64,000 bases of DNA from Centroscyllium fabricii (Eukaryota): NCBI GenBank assembly GCA_051313645.2, contig JBNRSN020000003.1, positions 501,022,001 through 501,086,000 on the forward strand, read 5' to 3'. Shown here in pieces: positions 12,693 through 24,096 of this stretch. A program made the translations under genes and the position numbers. The notes beneath the pieces are model-generated. The model saw only the letters and a program-made list of their open reading frames with translations, was not told where the DNA came from and made no database searches. How positions within the stretch are numbered: position 1 is the stretch's first letter; each line of letters begins with the position of its first letter.

Positions 12693-15600
12693 TTCACCCC
12701 TTCTTGAAAATTTTAAGTCCGGTGGGGGTGAATGGACCGAGCAGTTCAATATCAGTTTGTCCGGCGGTCGTGTCAGCCTGGAGGACCGCCGGAGTTCCGG
12801 TGATGGTTCTTCGTGGTCCGTGCTGCTCGAGTCCGTTGGTGGTGCCGTAGTTTCGGATGGTGATGGTCTCAGATGGTCCGAGCTATCGGAGTGGTGGTCT
12901 TGGGCTGGCCACGGCTGGGGCTCTGGAAACCTCGGAGGCCATCGTAGGTGTAGGGGGTGTTCTGGATACTGTGGCTGGGCGGGCTGCTGGCCGACCAGGG
13001 GCTCTGCTGCGGTGTTTCCTGCGGGCGGCAGGTCCCTAATTGATACGGTGTCCTCACGCCCGTCCGGGAACTGTACAAACGCGTATTGCGGGTTCGCATG
13101 CAGGAGCTGCACCTTGTCCACCAGGGGGTCGGTCTTGTGGCCACGGACGTGTCTCCTAAGGAAGACCGGCCCCGGTGTCGTGAGCCATGGAGGAAGAGCT
13201 GTCCCCGAAGTCGACTTCCTGGGAAAAGCAAAAATCAAATCATGAGGGGTGGCTTTAGTGGCCGTACACAGGAGAGAGCGTATAGAATGCAGTGCGTCTG
13301 GGAGGACTGCCTGCCAATGGGCCACTGGAAGGCCTCTGGACTTCAGAGCCAGGGTGACCACCTTCCAGATGATCCCATTCTCCCTTTCTACCTGGCCGTT
13401 CCCCCGGGGGTTGTAACTGGTCGTTCTGCTCGTGGCAACCCCTTTCTGGGGCAGAAACTGACGTAGTTCATCGCTCATGAACGATGACCCCCGGTTGCTA
13501 TGGATGTAGCTGGGGAGACCGAAAATGGCGAACAGCGTGGTGAAGTGTTTTATCACCGTTGCGCTCGTCATATCTGCGCAGGGGAAGGCGAAGGGGAAGC
13601 GGGAGAACTCATCTACGACCGTGAGGAAGTATGAGTTGCGGTCGGTGGTGGGGAGGGGGGCCTTTGAAGTCCACGCTGAGACGTTCAAAGGGGCGGGTGG
13701 CCTTGATGAGGTGCACCGTGTCTGGCCGGAAAAATTGGGGTTTGCACTCGGCGCAAACAGGGCACTCTCGGGTCATAGCCTTGATCTCCGTGATGGAGTA
13801 GGGGAGGCTACGGGATCTGACGAAGTGGGCGAGTCTGGTTACACCCGGGTGGCAAAGGCGGTCGTGGAGGTCCTTCAGCCGGTCTAGCTGGGCACTGGCG
13901 CACGTTCCCCTGGACAGTGCGTCCGGGGGTTCATTGAGTTTACCTGGTCGGTAAAGAATGTCGTACTCGTAAGTCGAGAGTTCGATCCGCCACCGCAGGA
14001 TCTTATCATTCTTGATCTTACCCTTCTGTTTATTATTAAACATAAACGCCACCGACCGTTGGTCGGTGAGAAGGGTAAAACGCTTACCGGCCAGGTAATG
14101 ATGCCAGTAGCGCACGGCCTCCACGATGGCCTGGGCTTCCTTTTCCACTGCAGAGTGGCGAGTTTCGGGTCCCTGTAGGGTGCGGGAGAAAAACGCTACG
14201 GGCCTGCCTGCCTGATTCAGCAAGGGCGAAGTCCGAAGCGTCGCTCTCCACCTGGAAGGGGATGGATTCATCAACTGCGAGCATGGTCGCCTTGATGATG
14301 TCTTCCTTTATCCGGGCGAATGCCGTTTGTGCTTCTACCGAAAGGGGGAAAACGCAAGCCTTGAGGAGTGGTCTAGCCTTGTCCGCGAACTGTGGGACCC
14401 ATTGTGCGTAATAGGAGAAAAATCCTAGGCATCTCCTCAAGGCTTTAGGGTTGTGAGGTAGGGGCAGTTCTTGAAGGGGTCGCATACGCTGTGGGTCGGG
14501 GCCGAGGACCCCGTTTTCCACCACGTATCCGAGGATGGCGAGCCGGGCTGTATTAAAGACACATTTGTCTTTGTTATACGTGAGGTCCAGCTTATCCGCC
14601 GTGTCGAGGAATTTGGCCAGATTGGCATCGTGGTCCTGCTGGTCGTGGCCGCAGATGGTCACGTTGTCCAGGTAAGGGAAAGTGGCCTGCAACTCGTTCT
14701 GGTCAACCATGCGGTCCATCTCCCTTTGGAACACTGACACTCCGCTGGTCACGCCGAAGGGGACCCGGAGGAAGTGGTAGAGCCGACCGTTCGCCTCGAA
14801 GGCGGTGTAGGGGCGGTCGCCTTTCCGGATCGGGAGTTGGTGATACGCCGACTTAAGGTCGATCGTGGAGAACACCTTATATTGGGCGATCTGGTTGACC
14901 ATTTCCAAGATGCGGGGGAGGGGGTAGGCGTCGAGCCCGGTGTAGCGGTTGATAGTCTGGCTGTAATCGATCACCAGCCGCTGTTTCTCGCCAGACTTCA
15001 CCACTACTACCTGGGCCCGCCAGGGGCTGGTGCTGGCTTCAATTATCCCCTCCTTCAGGCAGCATACGCCCGACCTCCGACCTGATAAACGTGCGATCCC
15101 CCACACTGTACCGCCGACTCTTGGTAGCAATAGGTTTGCACTTGGGGTCGAGGTTGGCGAACAGTGAAGGGGGGTCGATTTTCAGGGTGGAGAGGCCACA
15201 GGCCGGGCTCCGCTTTGGGAAGGGACTGTCCCGGCTACTGACGGTGAGGGGGGCAAGGTCCCGCCGAACTCCATTGTCATGCTCTTGAGGTGGCACTGGA
15301 AATCCAGACCTAGTAAGGCTGGGGCACACAACTGCTGGAAGGTGTACAATTTAAAATTACGGTATACGCACCCCTTGACTGTGAGCGTGACGGAGCAGTA
15401 GCCGGTGACGTCAGCGGTGTGGGACTTTGAAGCAAGGGAGACTTGGTAGTTCGTGGGCAGGATCTGCAGTCCGCAGCGCTGCACTGTATCGGGGTGCACA
15501 AAGCTCTCCGTGCTTCCAGTGTCAAATAGGCAATCGATAATATGGCCGTTTATTTTAATAGGCATTATCGAATTCGACAGAGTGTGTGGCCTGTCCTGGT

Positions 15601-15702
15601 CCACTCTGGGTATGGCTGAAGCCGACGTGTACTTTTGTGTGTGGGGGCCCCCTGCTGGTTGGGGCTGTACACAAAATGGCGGCGCCCCTGGCTCGCACAT
15701 GG
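12678..15702 (-). pseudogene. Gypsy pol (protease, RT, RNase H, integrase), frameshifted
   Basis: LFDTGS protease; RT IDLKSAYHQ, VPFG, YLDN; RNase H ESDAS...DALSR; integrase HHCC finger and VDFKGP/VVDEFSRF/HSNRGSSF/GQVER; frame breaks near 15250, 15060, 14220 and 13660; second integrase catalytic Asp appears as Asn (SNRG). Confidence 0.93.
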
Positions 15703-18700
15703 ATTGGATTGGATTGGATTCGCTTTATTGTCATTGCACAGTACAAGTAAAATGCAACGAAATTAGGTGTGTCCAACCAGAGTGCAAACAGCAGTTATAT
15801 GCATATATATAATAATAATATACAGTAAAAGAGTATATACAGTAAGTGCAGTGGGTTAAAATGCCGTTAAAAATACACTATATAAAAGTTATATTCGCTA
15901 TGGTCTTATGTACAAACAGGTTATGAACATAATAGCATCTCATGATCTTCAAGGGCTAGGCAGTATGAGACGGGGTGGAGTTCTTTGTCAACAGTCTGAC
16001 AGCTGAGGGGAAGAAGCTGTTAATAGTCCTGTTGGTTCTGCCCGGGAGGCTGCGATAGCGTGACCCAGTGCGAGTGCCACGTTGGGCGATAAACAATCCA
16101 TGGTTGGGATGAGAGGCGTCTCCGATGATGTTACGTGCCCTTCGTAAGCACCGCCTCTCATAGACTGAAGTGATGGATGGGAGCGAGGTCTTGGTGATGC
16201 GTTGGGCGATTTTCACCACCTTCTGCAATGATTTTCGGTCGCTGATGGTACAGTTGCCGTACCAGACTGAGATGCAGGTGGTAAGGATGCTCTCAATGGT
16301 ACAGCGGTAGAAGTTCATCAACACCTGAGAGGATAGGCGAAGTTTAGCCAGTTTCCTCAAGAAAAAGAGGCGCTTGTGGGCCTTCTTGACCAGAGTTGAG
16401 GTATTGGTGGTCCAGGAGAGGTCTTCAGAAATGTGAACTCCCAGGAACTTAAAGCTGGTGACACGCTCAACCTCCTCCCCATTGATATGGATGGGGGTGT
16501 GCGTGCCTTTTTTGTTCCTTCTGAAGTCCACGATAATCTCCTTGGTCTTTTTGGTGTTGAGTACCAAGTTATTGTTGGTACACCACTCTGCTAGGTGCTG
16601 GACCTCTTCCCTGTATGCCGTCTCGTCATTGTTGCTGACGAGCCCAACCACTGTGGTGTCGTCTGCAAACTTGGCAATGGTGTTTGAGCCATGGACAGGA
16701 TTGCAGTCATGCGTGAAGAGGGAGTAGAGAAGGGGACTCAGCACACAGCCCTGTGGGAGACCAGTGTTCAAGATGAGGGACGAGGATTTGTACTTGTCCA
16801 GTCTGACGTGCTGGGGTCTGTTGGTCAGAAAGTCCAGTATCCAATTGCAGAGGGAGGGGTCGATGCCAAGGCCAACAAGCTTGGTGATCAATTTGGAGGG
16901 GATGATGGTATTGAATGCCGAGCTAAAGTCAATGAACAGGAGTCTCACATAGGTGTTGCTCTGGTCCAGATGGTAGAGGGCAGGGTGTAGTGCTGCTGAG
17001 ATGGCATCATCCGTACTCCTGTTCTGACGGTAGGCAAACTGATAGGGGTCAAGTGTGGATGGGAGGCATGATTTAAGATGAGCCAAGACCAGCCTCTCGA
17101 AGCACTTCATGATGGTGGAGGTGAGTGCCACGGGTCGGTAGTCGTTGAGGCTCACTGGGGAGGCGTGTTTAGGAACAAGCACAATAGAGGTCGATTTGAA
17201 ACACGTAGGGACTTTTGCTTGGGCCAGAGACAGATTGAAAATGTCGGTCAGGACCCCGGTCAGTTGTTCAGCACAAGCGCTGAGTACACGTCCGGGGATG
17301 CCATCAGGGCCAGCAGCCTTACGTGAGTTGGTCCTGCTCAGTGCAGCATACACATCTGTGGGGGAGAGTGTGAGGGGAAGGTGGTTTGCAGGGATAGTGG
17401 CCTTGGTGGCCATCACGTGGTTGTCCCTGTCAAAACGAGCATAGAAGTCGTTTAGCCCATCTGGAAGGGAGGAGTCGGTGGTCGGGGGGGAAGCGTGGGT
17501 GGATTTGAAGTCTGTGATGGCCTGCAAGCCCTGCCACATGCGCCGAGGGTCAGAGACATTGAAGTACTCCTCCACCTTAAGCTTGTGGCTGTGCTTAGCC
17601 CTTTTGATGCCCCTTTTCAGGTCAGCCCGGGCTAGACTGTAGGCCTGTGCGTCCCCTGACCTGAAGGCGATGTTGCGTGCCTTCAGCAGTTGTCGGACCT
17701 GCCCGTCCATCCACGGCTTCTGGTTTGGGAAGATTGTAATTCGTTTGATGATGGTGGCATCATTGATGTTAGTATTGATGACATCCAAGACAGAGGAGGT
17801 GTAGGAGTCGATGTCAGTGTGTGAGTCCACTGTGGCTTTTGCAGCGAAGTTACTCCAGTTAGTGTACTGGAGCTGATGCTGTAGTACTGAGTCTGCCCCC
17901 TCAGGCCAGACTTTCACGACTGAGGGCTTGACTCGCTTGATGAGGGGGTGATACTTGGGTAGGAGGAACAGAGAGGTGTGGTCTGACTGACCCAGGTGGG
18001 GAAGGGGGAGGGCCTTGTATGTGTCTTTGATGTTAGTGTAAACATGATCTAAGGTCTTATCTCCTCTTGTGGGGCAGGAAACGTGTTGGTAAAATTTGGG
18101 GAGAACAGACTTTAGGTTGGAGTGGTTGAAATCTCCAGCAACGATGAAGGCTGTCTCCGGGTGTCGTGTCTGTTGTTTGCTAATGGCTGCATGCAGTTCT
18201 TTCATAGCTAGCTTAGCATTAGCGTCCGGTGGTATGTAAGCTGCGGTTGTAATAATGGATGTGAATTCTCTGGGCAGGTAGAAGGGTCTACATTTAACCA
18301 TGAGAAATTCTAAGTGGGCAGAACAGTGACTATCGATGGTGGTGGTGTCTGTACACCAGGAGTTGTTAACATAAATGCACAGACCTCCTCCGCGCATCTT
18401 ACCGCAGTCAGCTGTTCTGTCCGAGCGGTTGCAGTGTAGGCCTTGTAGCCCAACCGCACTGTCTGGAACACCATCGTGCAACCATGCTTCCGTGAAGATC
18501 AGAATGTTCGTGTCCATAATCCTTTTGTTGTTTGTAATCCATAGGCGTAATTCATCCATTTTGTTCACCAGAGACCGCACATTAGCAAGGAGAAGGCTGG
18601 GGAGAGGGGTGCGGTGAGGAGCCTGGGTTAGCTTCCCTCTAGCGCCTCCTCTGCAGCCTCGTTTTTGCCTGCGTTCTCTCCGCCGCCTACGGGGCCTCCT

Positions 18701-19266
18701 TGACCGGGGAGGCAGTGTAAACAGACCCGGTGAGCCCGGTTGTCTGACAATGTCACTGGGACCGTCGAAAGTGATGGTAATATCCGGCGATCCGACATGT
18801 ATACCAATGACCAGAAGCTCATGTCTGGTGTAAAATGGATTGGTACTGCTGTACTGGGCGAGCAGTCTGTGGATGAGTATGCAGATAACTACTAATTTGC
18901 CAAAACTGGCGGGACCAAAAGCCGCAGCGTATACACACACGCCGCCATGAGAGGTGCAGCAGGTTGAACTAAAGGAGCAACGGAGGAGGCAGAGGCCAGA
19001 CCCGGGAGCGGGACTTCGAGCAGAGCAGCAGGCTTCAAAGGAGCAGCGGAGGAGGCAAAGGCCAGACCCGGGAGCGGGACTTCGAGCAGAGCGGCAGGCT
19101 TCAAAGGAGCAGCGGAGGAGGCAAAGGCCAGACCTGGGAGCGGGACTTCGAGCAGAGCGGCAGGCTTCAAAGGAGCAGCGGAGGAGGCAAAGGCCAGACC
19201 CGGGAGCGGGACTTCGAGCAGAGCGGCAGGCTTCAAAGGAGCAGCGGAGGAGGCAAAGGCCAGACC
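15703..19266 (-). mobile_element. Apparently full-length Rex1/Babar-type LINE inserted in Gypsy gag
   Basis: APE endonuclease (LANVRSL, FTEAWL, VAGDFN, LDHVY, SDH), RT ([28 protein letters not shown]), C-terminal [10 protein letters not shown] motif, 3' UTR ending GACAATAAAGCG(AATCC)n; 5' tandem repeats. Confidence 0.93.
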
Positions 19267-20491
19267 CGGGGCCTTGGAGACAAAATGGCGGCGCCCCTGG
19301 CTCGCACATGGCGGGCCGCTGGGGACAAAATGGCGGCGCTGAGGGGTCGCACATGGTGGGCCGCTGGGGTCGAGATGGCGGCGCCCGTGGTTCGCACGCG
19401 GCTGACCGCTGTGAGCGCGCTGGCGGCGCCCGTGGTTCGCACGCAGCGGGCCGCGGTGACTGGGTTGGCGGCGCCCGTGGTTCGCACGCAGCGGGCCGCG
19501 GTGGTCGGGTTGGCGGTGCCCGTGATTCGCACGCAGCCGGCCGCGTTGGGTCTGCTGCTGGCGTTGGGGGGTCGCGCTTTGCCGGCCTTTGCCGCATCGG
19601 GGTGGGAGCTGGGGGCGCTTCCCTTCTACCCCCGGGCCGTCGCTGGATGGCGCTGCTATTGCAGCTTACCTGAGGTCTGTCGGAGCTTTCACAGGCTGCG
19701 CTGTTGTACCTGGAGTTGGGCGCTGCTGGTGCTGATCTGCAAGCCTTTGCGTAATGTCCCTTTTTGGCGCACCTCTCGCAGGTCGCGGTCCTTGCTGGGC
19801 ATCTCGCTCGCGGGTGCAGTCCCTGGCCGCAGAAATAGCAGCGTTTGTCCTTTGTGGCTGTCGCAGCCATCGTGGGGGTCTCGACCCGTTGTGGTGCTGC
19901 CCAGGCCTGGGCCCGTTGTGGCGCGGCCCACATGTCGTAGGCCTGCGGGTTTGTGCCGCTGTACGCCTGCAATTTATTGCGTGCTCCTTCAACGGAGTTA
20001 GCTATGGCGATAGCCTCTTCCAGAGACAAAGAGTCTTTTTCGAGCAGCCGCTGGCGGGCTTCCACGCACCTCAGGCCAGTTACGTACGCGTCTCGGACGA
20101 GGAGGTTCGCCTCCTCTTCTGCTGTCCAGGCTTGGCAGCCACAGACCCGTACCAGGGCCTGGAGCGCTTGCTCAAACTGTTCATTGGTCTCACCCGGTAG
20201 TTGTGGTCTGGTCGCAAGCACATGTCTGGCGTAGACCGAATGGACCGGGCGCTCGTAGCATTTCCTCAGCTTTTCCACTGCCCCTGGGTAGGTTTTGGCG
20301 TCTCGGATGAGGGAGAATACTCGGCTGGAGATCCTAGACCGGAGAACCTGTAGCTTGTTCCCGTCGGTTGTAGCCTTGGCGGCGTCCATATAGGCCTCCA
20401 GGAGACCGAACCAGTGTTTGAACGTGGTGGCGGCGGCTGGGTCCTGTGGACTGATATCCAGCTTTTCTGGCTTTACTGCACCGCTCTCCAT
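15956..20491 (-). CDS. Chimeric 1511-aa ORF: Gypsy Gag (two Cys/His knuckles) fused in frame to LINE APE-RT
   Basis: Stop-free in the ORF track; residues 1 to about 408 are Gag ([28 protein letters not shown]), the rest is LINE 5' repeats plus ORF2. Expression is not shown. Confidence 0.75.
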   Translation of the reverse strand: MESGAVKPEKLDISPQDPAAATTFKHWFGLLEAYMDAAKATTDGNKLQVLRSRISSRVFSLIRDAKTYPGAVEKLRKCYERPVHSVYARHVLATRPQLPGETNEQFEQALQALVRVCGCQAWTAEEEANLLVRDAYVTGLRCVEARQRLLEKDSLSLEEAIAIANSVEGARNKLQAYSGTNPQAYDMWAAPQRAQAWAAPQRVETPTMAATATKDKRCYFCGQGLHPRARCPARTATCERCAKKGHYAKACRSAPAAPNSRYNSAACESSDRPQVSCNSSAIQRRPGGRREAPPAPTPMRQRPAKRDPPTPAADPTRPAACESRAPPTRPPRPAACEPRAPPTQSPRPAACEPRAPPARSQRSAACEPRAPPSRPQRPTMCDPSAPPFCPQRPAMCEPGAPPFCLQGPGSGLCLLRCSFEACRSARSPAPGSGLCLLRCSFEACRSARSPAPRSGLCLLRCSFEACRSARSPAPGSGLCLLRCSFEACCSARSPAPGSGLCLLRCSFSSTCCTSHGGVCVYAAAFGPASFGKLVVICILIHRLLAQYSSTNPFYTRHELLVIGIHVGSPDITITFDGPSDIVRQPGSPGLFTLPPRSRRPRRRRRERRQKRGCRGGARGKLTQAPHRTPLPSLLLANVRSLVNKMDELRLWITNNKRIMDTNILIFTEAWLHDGVPDSAVGLQGLHCNRSDRTADCGKMRGGGLCIYVNNSWCTDTTTIDSHCSAHLEFLMVKCRPFYLPREFTSIITTAAYIPPDANAKLAMKELHAAISKQQTRHPETAFIVAGDFNHSNLKSVLPKFYQHVSCPTRGDKTLDHVYTNIKDTYKALPLPHLGQSDHTSLFLLPKYHPLIKRVKPSVVKVWPEGADSVLQHQLQYTNWSNFAAKATVDSHTDIDSYTSSVLDVINTNINDATIIKRITIFPNQKPWMDGQVRQLLKARNIAFRSGDAQAYSLARADLKRGIKRAKHSHKLKVEEYFNVSDPRRMWQGLQAITDFKSTHASPPTTDSSLPDGLNDFYARFDRDNHVMATKATIPANHLPLTLSPTDVYAALSRTNSRKAAGPDGIPGRVLSACAEQLTGVLTDIFNLSLAQAKVPTCFKSTSIVLVPKHASPVSLNDYRPVALTSTIMKCFERLVLAHLKSCLPSTLDPYQFAYRQNRSTDDAISAALHPALYHLDQSNTYVRLLFIDFSSAFNTIIPSKLITKLVGLGIDPSLCNWILDFLTNRPQHVRLDKYKSSSLILNTGLPQGCVLSPLLYSLFTHDCNPVHGSNTIAKFADDTTVVGLVSNNDETAYREEVQHLAEWCTNNNLVLNTKKTKEIIVDFRRNKKGTHTPIHINGEEVERVTSFKFLGVHISEDLSWTTNTSTLVKKAHKRLFFLRKLAKLRLSSQVLMNFYRCTIESILTTCISVWYGNCTISDRKSLQKVVKIAQRITKTSLPSITSVYERRCLRRARNIIGDASHPNHGLFIAQRGTRTGSRYRSLPGRTNRTINSFFPSAVRLLTKNSTPSHTA
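18970..19269 (-). repeat. 66-bp tandem repeat (about 4.5 copies) at the LINE 5' end
   Basis: Unit GGCTTCAAAGGAGCAGCGGAGGAGGCAAAGGCCAGACCCGGGAGCGGGACTTCGAGCAGAGCGGCA on +; encodes [22 protein letters not shown] in the fusion frame. Confidence 0.9.
19267..19545 (-). repeat. 45-bp (15-aa) tandem repeat in the Gag C-terminal region
   Basis: [15 protein letters not shown] repeated six times; a seventh unit ([12 protein letters not shown]) lies beyond the LINE at about 15665-15702. Confidence 0.85.
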
Positions 20492-20516
20492 TTCAAAATT
20501 TTTAAGTTATTAAAAT

Positions 20517-20792
20517 TGACATATCGTCAATATCTCTTAATAAAAGACTGGACGAGTAGTTACCGTAACTATAGGCTTTTAATAACTTACTTTGGAGCTA
20601 CCCTCCGAACGAACATCAGAACAGAATGAGGGAGCCTCGGTCAGTCCTCACCTATAAAGGCCTCACCTGGGGGGAGGAGTTAGAGGTGTGGCTGACCTGG
20701 CTCCACGACAGTGTTACAGGCTGTGTATCACACACAGCCAATTGTTGGCAACAATAATTCAGTGGTACATATACATATTATAGGTTACCACA
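20517..20792 (-). repeat. 5' LTR of the Gypsy element
   Basis: TGTGGTAACC...TATGTCA on - strand; gag ATG (20491) lies 26 nt downstream. Confidence 0.96.
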
Positions 20793-21037
20793 CAACTTCA
20801 ATCACTTCCATTAATAAACGTTGTCTTCTTGAACCAGCACACCCCCCATGTAACATGTCAAATGCAGCACTTATTCACAAGTGCTGAAAAACACATACAC
20901 AATTTGTGTCACCAGGTTAAAACATAGCTTTTCCTGCTTTTTGTTTTTAACAGAAATAAACATTCATCTTTCTTCTTAGGCAGGAGAACCAATCAGACTG
21001 ACTTGGAAATGTTTACTAATATGTTGACGTAAAGATA

Positions 21038-21605
21038 CAGGTTGAGCACCGTTAATCCGTCACGGGCGGGACCAGGCGCATGCTGGGAAAGTGAAAATCC
21101 CGAACGATTGAAGCGTCGGTGAGCGCATGCGCTGACCATTCAAAATGGCCGCCACGAAAGGCTGGCTGCCATTTTGAGTGGCCTGCGCATGCGCTTGTCG
21201 TTCGGGGAGGCCTGGGATCGGCTCCGATAGGCCCGGCGAGGTTGGGCTCGGAGGCGCGAGGCTGTGCTCCGAGAGGATGGGCTGGGTCCGGAGAGGCGAG
21301 GCTGGGCTTGGAGAGGCTGGGCGGGGCTGGGCTCGGAGAGGCTGGGCAGGGCTCGGAGAGGCGAGGCTGGGCTCGGAGAGGCTGGGAGAGGCTGGGCGGG
21401 GCTGGACTAAGAGGCTGGGCTGGGCTCGGAGGGCCAGTGAATGATCTGCGCATGCGCTCACCGTTTGGCGGCGCATGCGCAGATCAGTCACCGAAGCATC
21501 AATCACGGTGGCCATTTTGCGCATGCGCGGTGCAGTCGGGGAAATTATTGCCAGACGTTCGAAGCTGCCGTTTTTTTGGGTAACGGATTACTGGTGCGCA
21601 ACCTG
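21038..21605. mobile_element. Tc1/mariner (Tigger-like) MITE with GGCTGGGCTCGGAGA internal repeats
   Basis: TA|CAGGTTGAGCACCGTTAATCCG ... CGGATTACTGGTGCGCAACCTG|TA. Confidence 0.8.
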
Positions 21606-22989
21606 TATTAATTTACGAATTTCACCTGTAATGTTTTTCTCTCATTAAACATTCCCCACAATATTAATTCCTGCTCTTATCACGAAAAGTGCTGAATTAT
21701 TTTAGGTACTTCCCAATTAAATAGTGGGAAACAAACTTCAGTATACTCTCAATTTTGAATCTCCTATTTCAAACATTTATACCAAATCAAAATTGTACAT
21801 TATCAGTTTAATCAAAGTATTTTCTGTCTTTCTCAATAAACAAATAATAGTTTCTTCGAAAGTAGCTTCCTACAATTTTTATACATCATTACATAGCTCT
21901 TGTTTCTATTAACACTCCACTAAATGTTTAAGATGAAATCTATATTTACATTATTCCTGGGACTTGTTAGGACTATTGGGCGACAGATAAAATAAAATGG
22001 TTTGTGTTTTTCCCCTTTTTTTGGTTCTCTTCCTGAATGTCTTAATTATATATATTTTTAAGTCAATAATAAGTCATGTGTACTCCAACAAATCCTCCCT
22101 ACCCTCCCCCTCCTCAACAATATAGTTGCACGTTTGTGTCAAGCTACTCACTTCAGTCGATCATTTAAAATCACATACTGAGAAATTTCAATCTTAAACT
22201 GTTTTAAGCATTTCAGACCCTCTTTAAAAGCGTTTGGACTTCAAGATCTAGAAACTTGTTTAGATGAGAGGAAAATTGATTTTTGTTTCTGTTTCTTCCA
22301 AAATCATATTTGAAACTTGGGGGCGGGGGGAGTGTGTGGAACACATTTTCTGTGAAAGGTTCATTAAAAATCTTTAAATTCTTTCAAGTCTCATTGCAGC
22401 TTTGACAGAAGTTGCACCAAGTTTTTCTTTCCCTTTTCAATGCTGTTGTTAAACATAGAACAAAAAATAATAAAATAAATTCTAATTCCAAACGGAGCTC
22501 AAATAATAAAGTGAATAAAGTGGTTAAATTTCCTAAGAAGGTGGTGATGTTATCTATCCCCAGCCATGGCGATGGGTTGGGATCAGTTGGAGAGAAGTTG
22601 TTTCCTCTTTGCTGCCGTTCCTTCCGTCTCTCAGATTTGAGGTACAAACAGGGACACAAACATTTTCCCCTCTCTCATAATATGATTTAAACAACCCTGA
22701 TAGACTCTTTCAAAAAGGGGACAACATCTGGTAAAATTTAACCACAACTTACATTCAACATCACTTCCCTGTATTTCTTTCCAGCTTTAAACAATTTTCT
22801 GAATTAAAAAAACCTCATTTTTGTTTCACCAGGGGCCTAAAGCTTGTTTATTTTAGCCTCCTTCCAGCGGCCATTGTACATGTGCTGCGCCTCCACCTGT
22901 GTTATTCCAAAGTGTGGCCGCCGCTCAGTCCCATGGAACGGATTCAACGCATCTGGACCCTCTCCCTCTGTCCCATTCTCTCCCTCTGT

Positions 22990-24096
22990 TTGAAAGAAAA
23001 GGCATACAATGTTGCAAAGATTAGTGGTAGGCCAGAGGATTGGAAAATTTTTAGAAACCAGCAAAGGATGACTAAAAAATAGATAGATTATGAAAGTAAA
23101 CTAGCAAAAAAATATAAAAACAGACAGTAAGAGCTTCTACAGGTATATAAAAGGGAAGAGAGTAGCTAAAGTAAACGTTGGTCCCTTAGAGGATGGGACT
23201 GGGGAATTAATAATGGGAAACCGGGAAATGGCAGAGACTTGGAACAAATATTTTGTATCGGTTTTATGGTAGAAGACACTAAAAGCATCCCAATAATAAT
23301 TGATAATCAAGGGGCTAGAGGGAGGGAGGAACTTAAAACAATGACTATCACTAGAGAAAAAGTACCAGGCAAACTAATGGGACTAAAGGCTGACAAGTCC
23401 CCATGACCTGATGGCTTGCATGCTAGCGTCTTAAAAGAAGTGGCTGCAGAGATAGTGGATGCGTTGGTTGTAATCTACCAAAATTCCCTGGATTCGGCAG
23501 AGGTCCCAGCACATTGGAAAACTGCAAATTTAATTCCACTATTCAAGAAAGGAGGGAGACAAAAGCTGGTAACTATAGGCCAGTTAGCCAAATATCTGTC
23601 ATTGGGAAAATGCTGGAATCCATTATTAAGGAAGTAGTTGCAGGACATAAGAAAATCAAAATACAATCAAGCAGCGTCAACATGGTTTTATGAAAGGGAA
23701 ATCGTGTTTGACAAATTTACTAGAGTTCTTTGAGGATGTCACGAGCAGGGTGGATGAAGGGGAACCAGTAGATGTCATGTATTTGGATTTCCAGAAGGCA
23801 TTCGATAAGGTGCCACATAAAAGGTTACTGCACAAGATAAGAGCTCACGGGGTTGGGGTAACATATTAGCATGGATAGAGGATTGGCTAACTAACAGAAA
23901 ACAGAGAGTCAGGATAAATGGGGTCATTTTCCGGTTGGCAAACTGTAACTAGTGTGGTGCCACAGGGATCAGTGCTGGGGCCTCAACTATTTACAATCTA
24001 TATTAATGACTTAGATGAAGGAACCATGTGTCCTGTAGCCAAATTTGCTGATGATACAAAGATAGATGGGAAAGCAAGTGGTGAGGAGGACACAAA
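22990..24096 (+). mobile_element. CR1-clade LINE ORF2 fragment, degenerate
   Basis: WKTANLIPLFKKG, LDFQKAFDKVPH, VPQGSVLGPQLFTIYINDL, KFADD with stops and frameshifts; ends where the Harbinger copy begins. Confidence 0.9.

Larger units (their letters stand above)
12418..20792 (-). mobile_element. Full-length Ty3/Gypsy LTR retrotransposon carrying a nested LINE
   Basis: Two ~275-bp LTRs (TG...CA on - strand), 5-bp TSD CAACT (12413-12417, 20793-20797), polypurine tract AAGAAGGGGTGAA (12693-12705), domain order gag-PR-RT-RNaseH-IN. Confidence 0.97.

Noticed and set aside
15671-15702. 32-bp direct repeat with 19280-19311 read as a LINE target-site duplication
   Set aside because: Better explained as consecutive units of the Gag 45-bp repeat: removing the LINE restores the unit spacing and the reading frame.
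11519-22980. Old hAT-like element hosting the Gypsy insertion (CAATGTTCCCTCTAA at 11519; AT-rich 20800-22900)
   Set aside because: I found no matching right TIR, 8-bp TSD or recognisable transposase motif.
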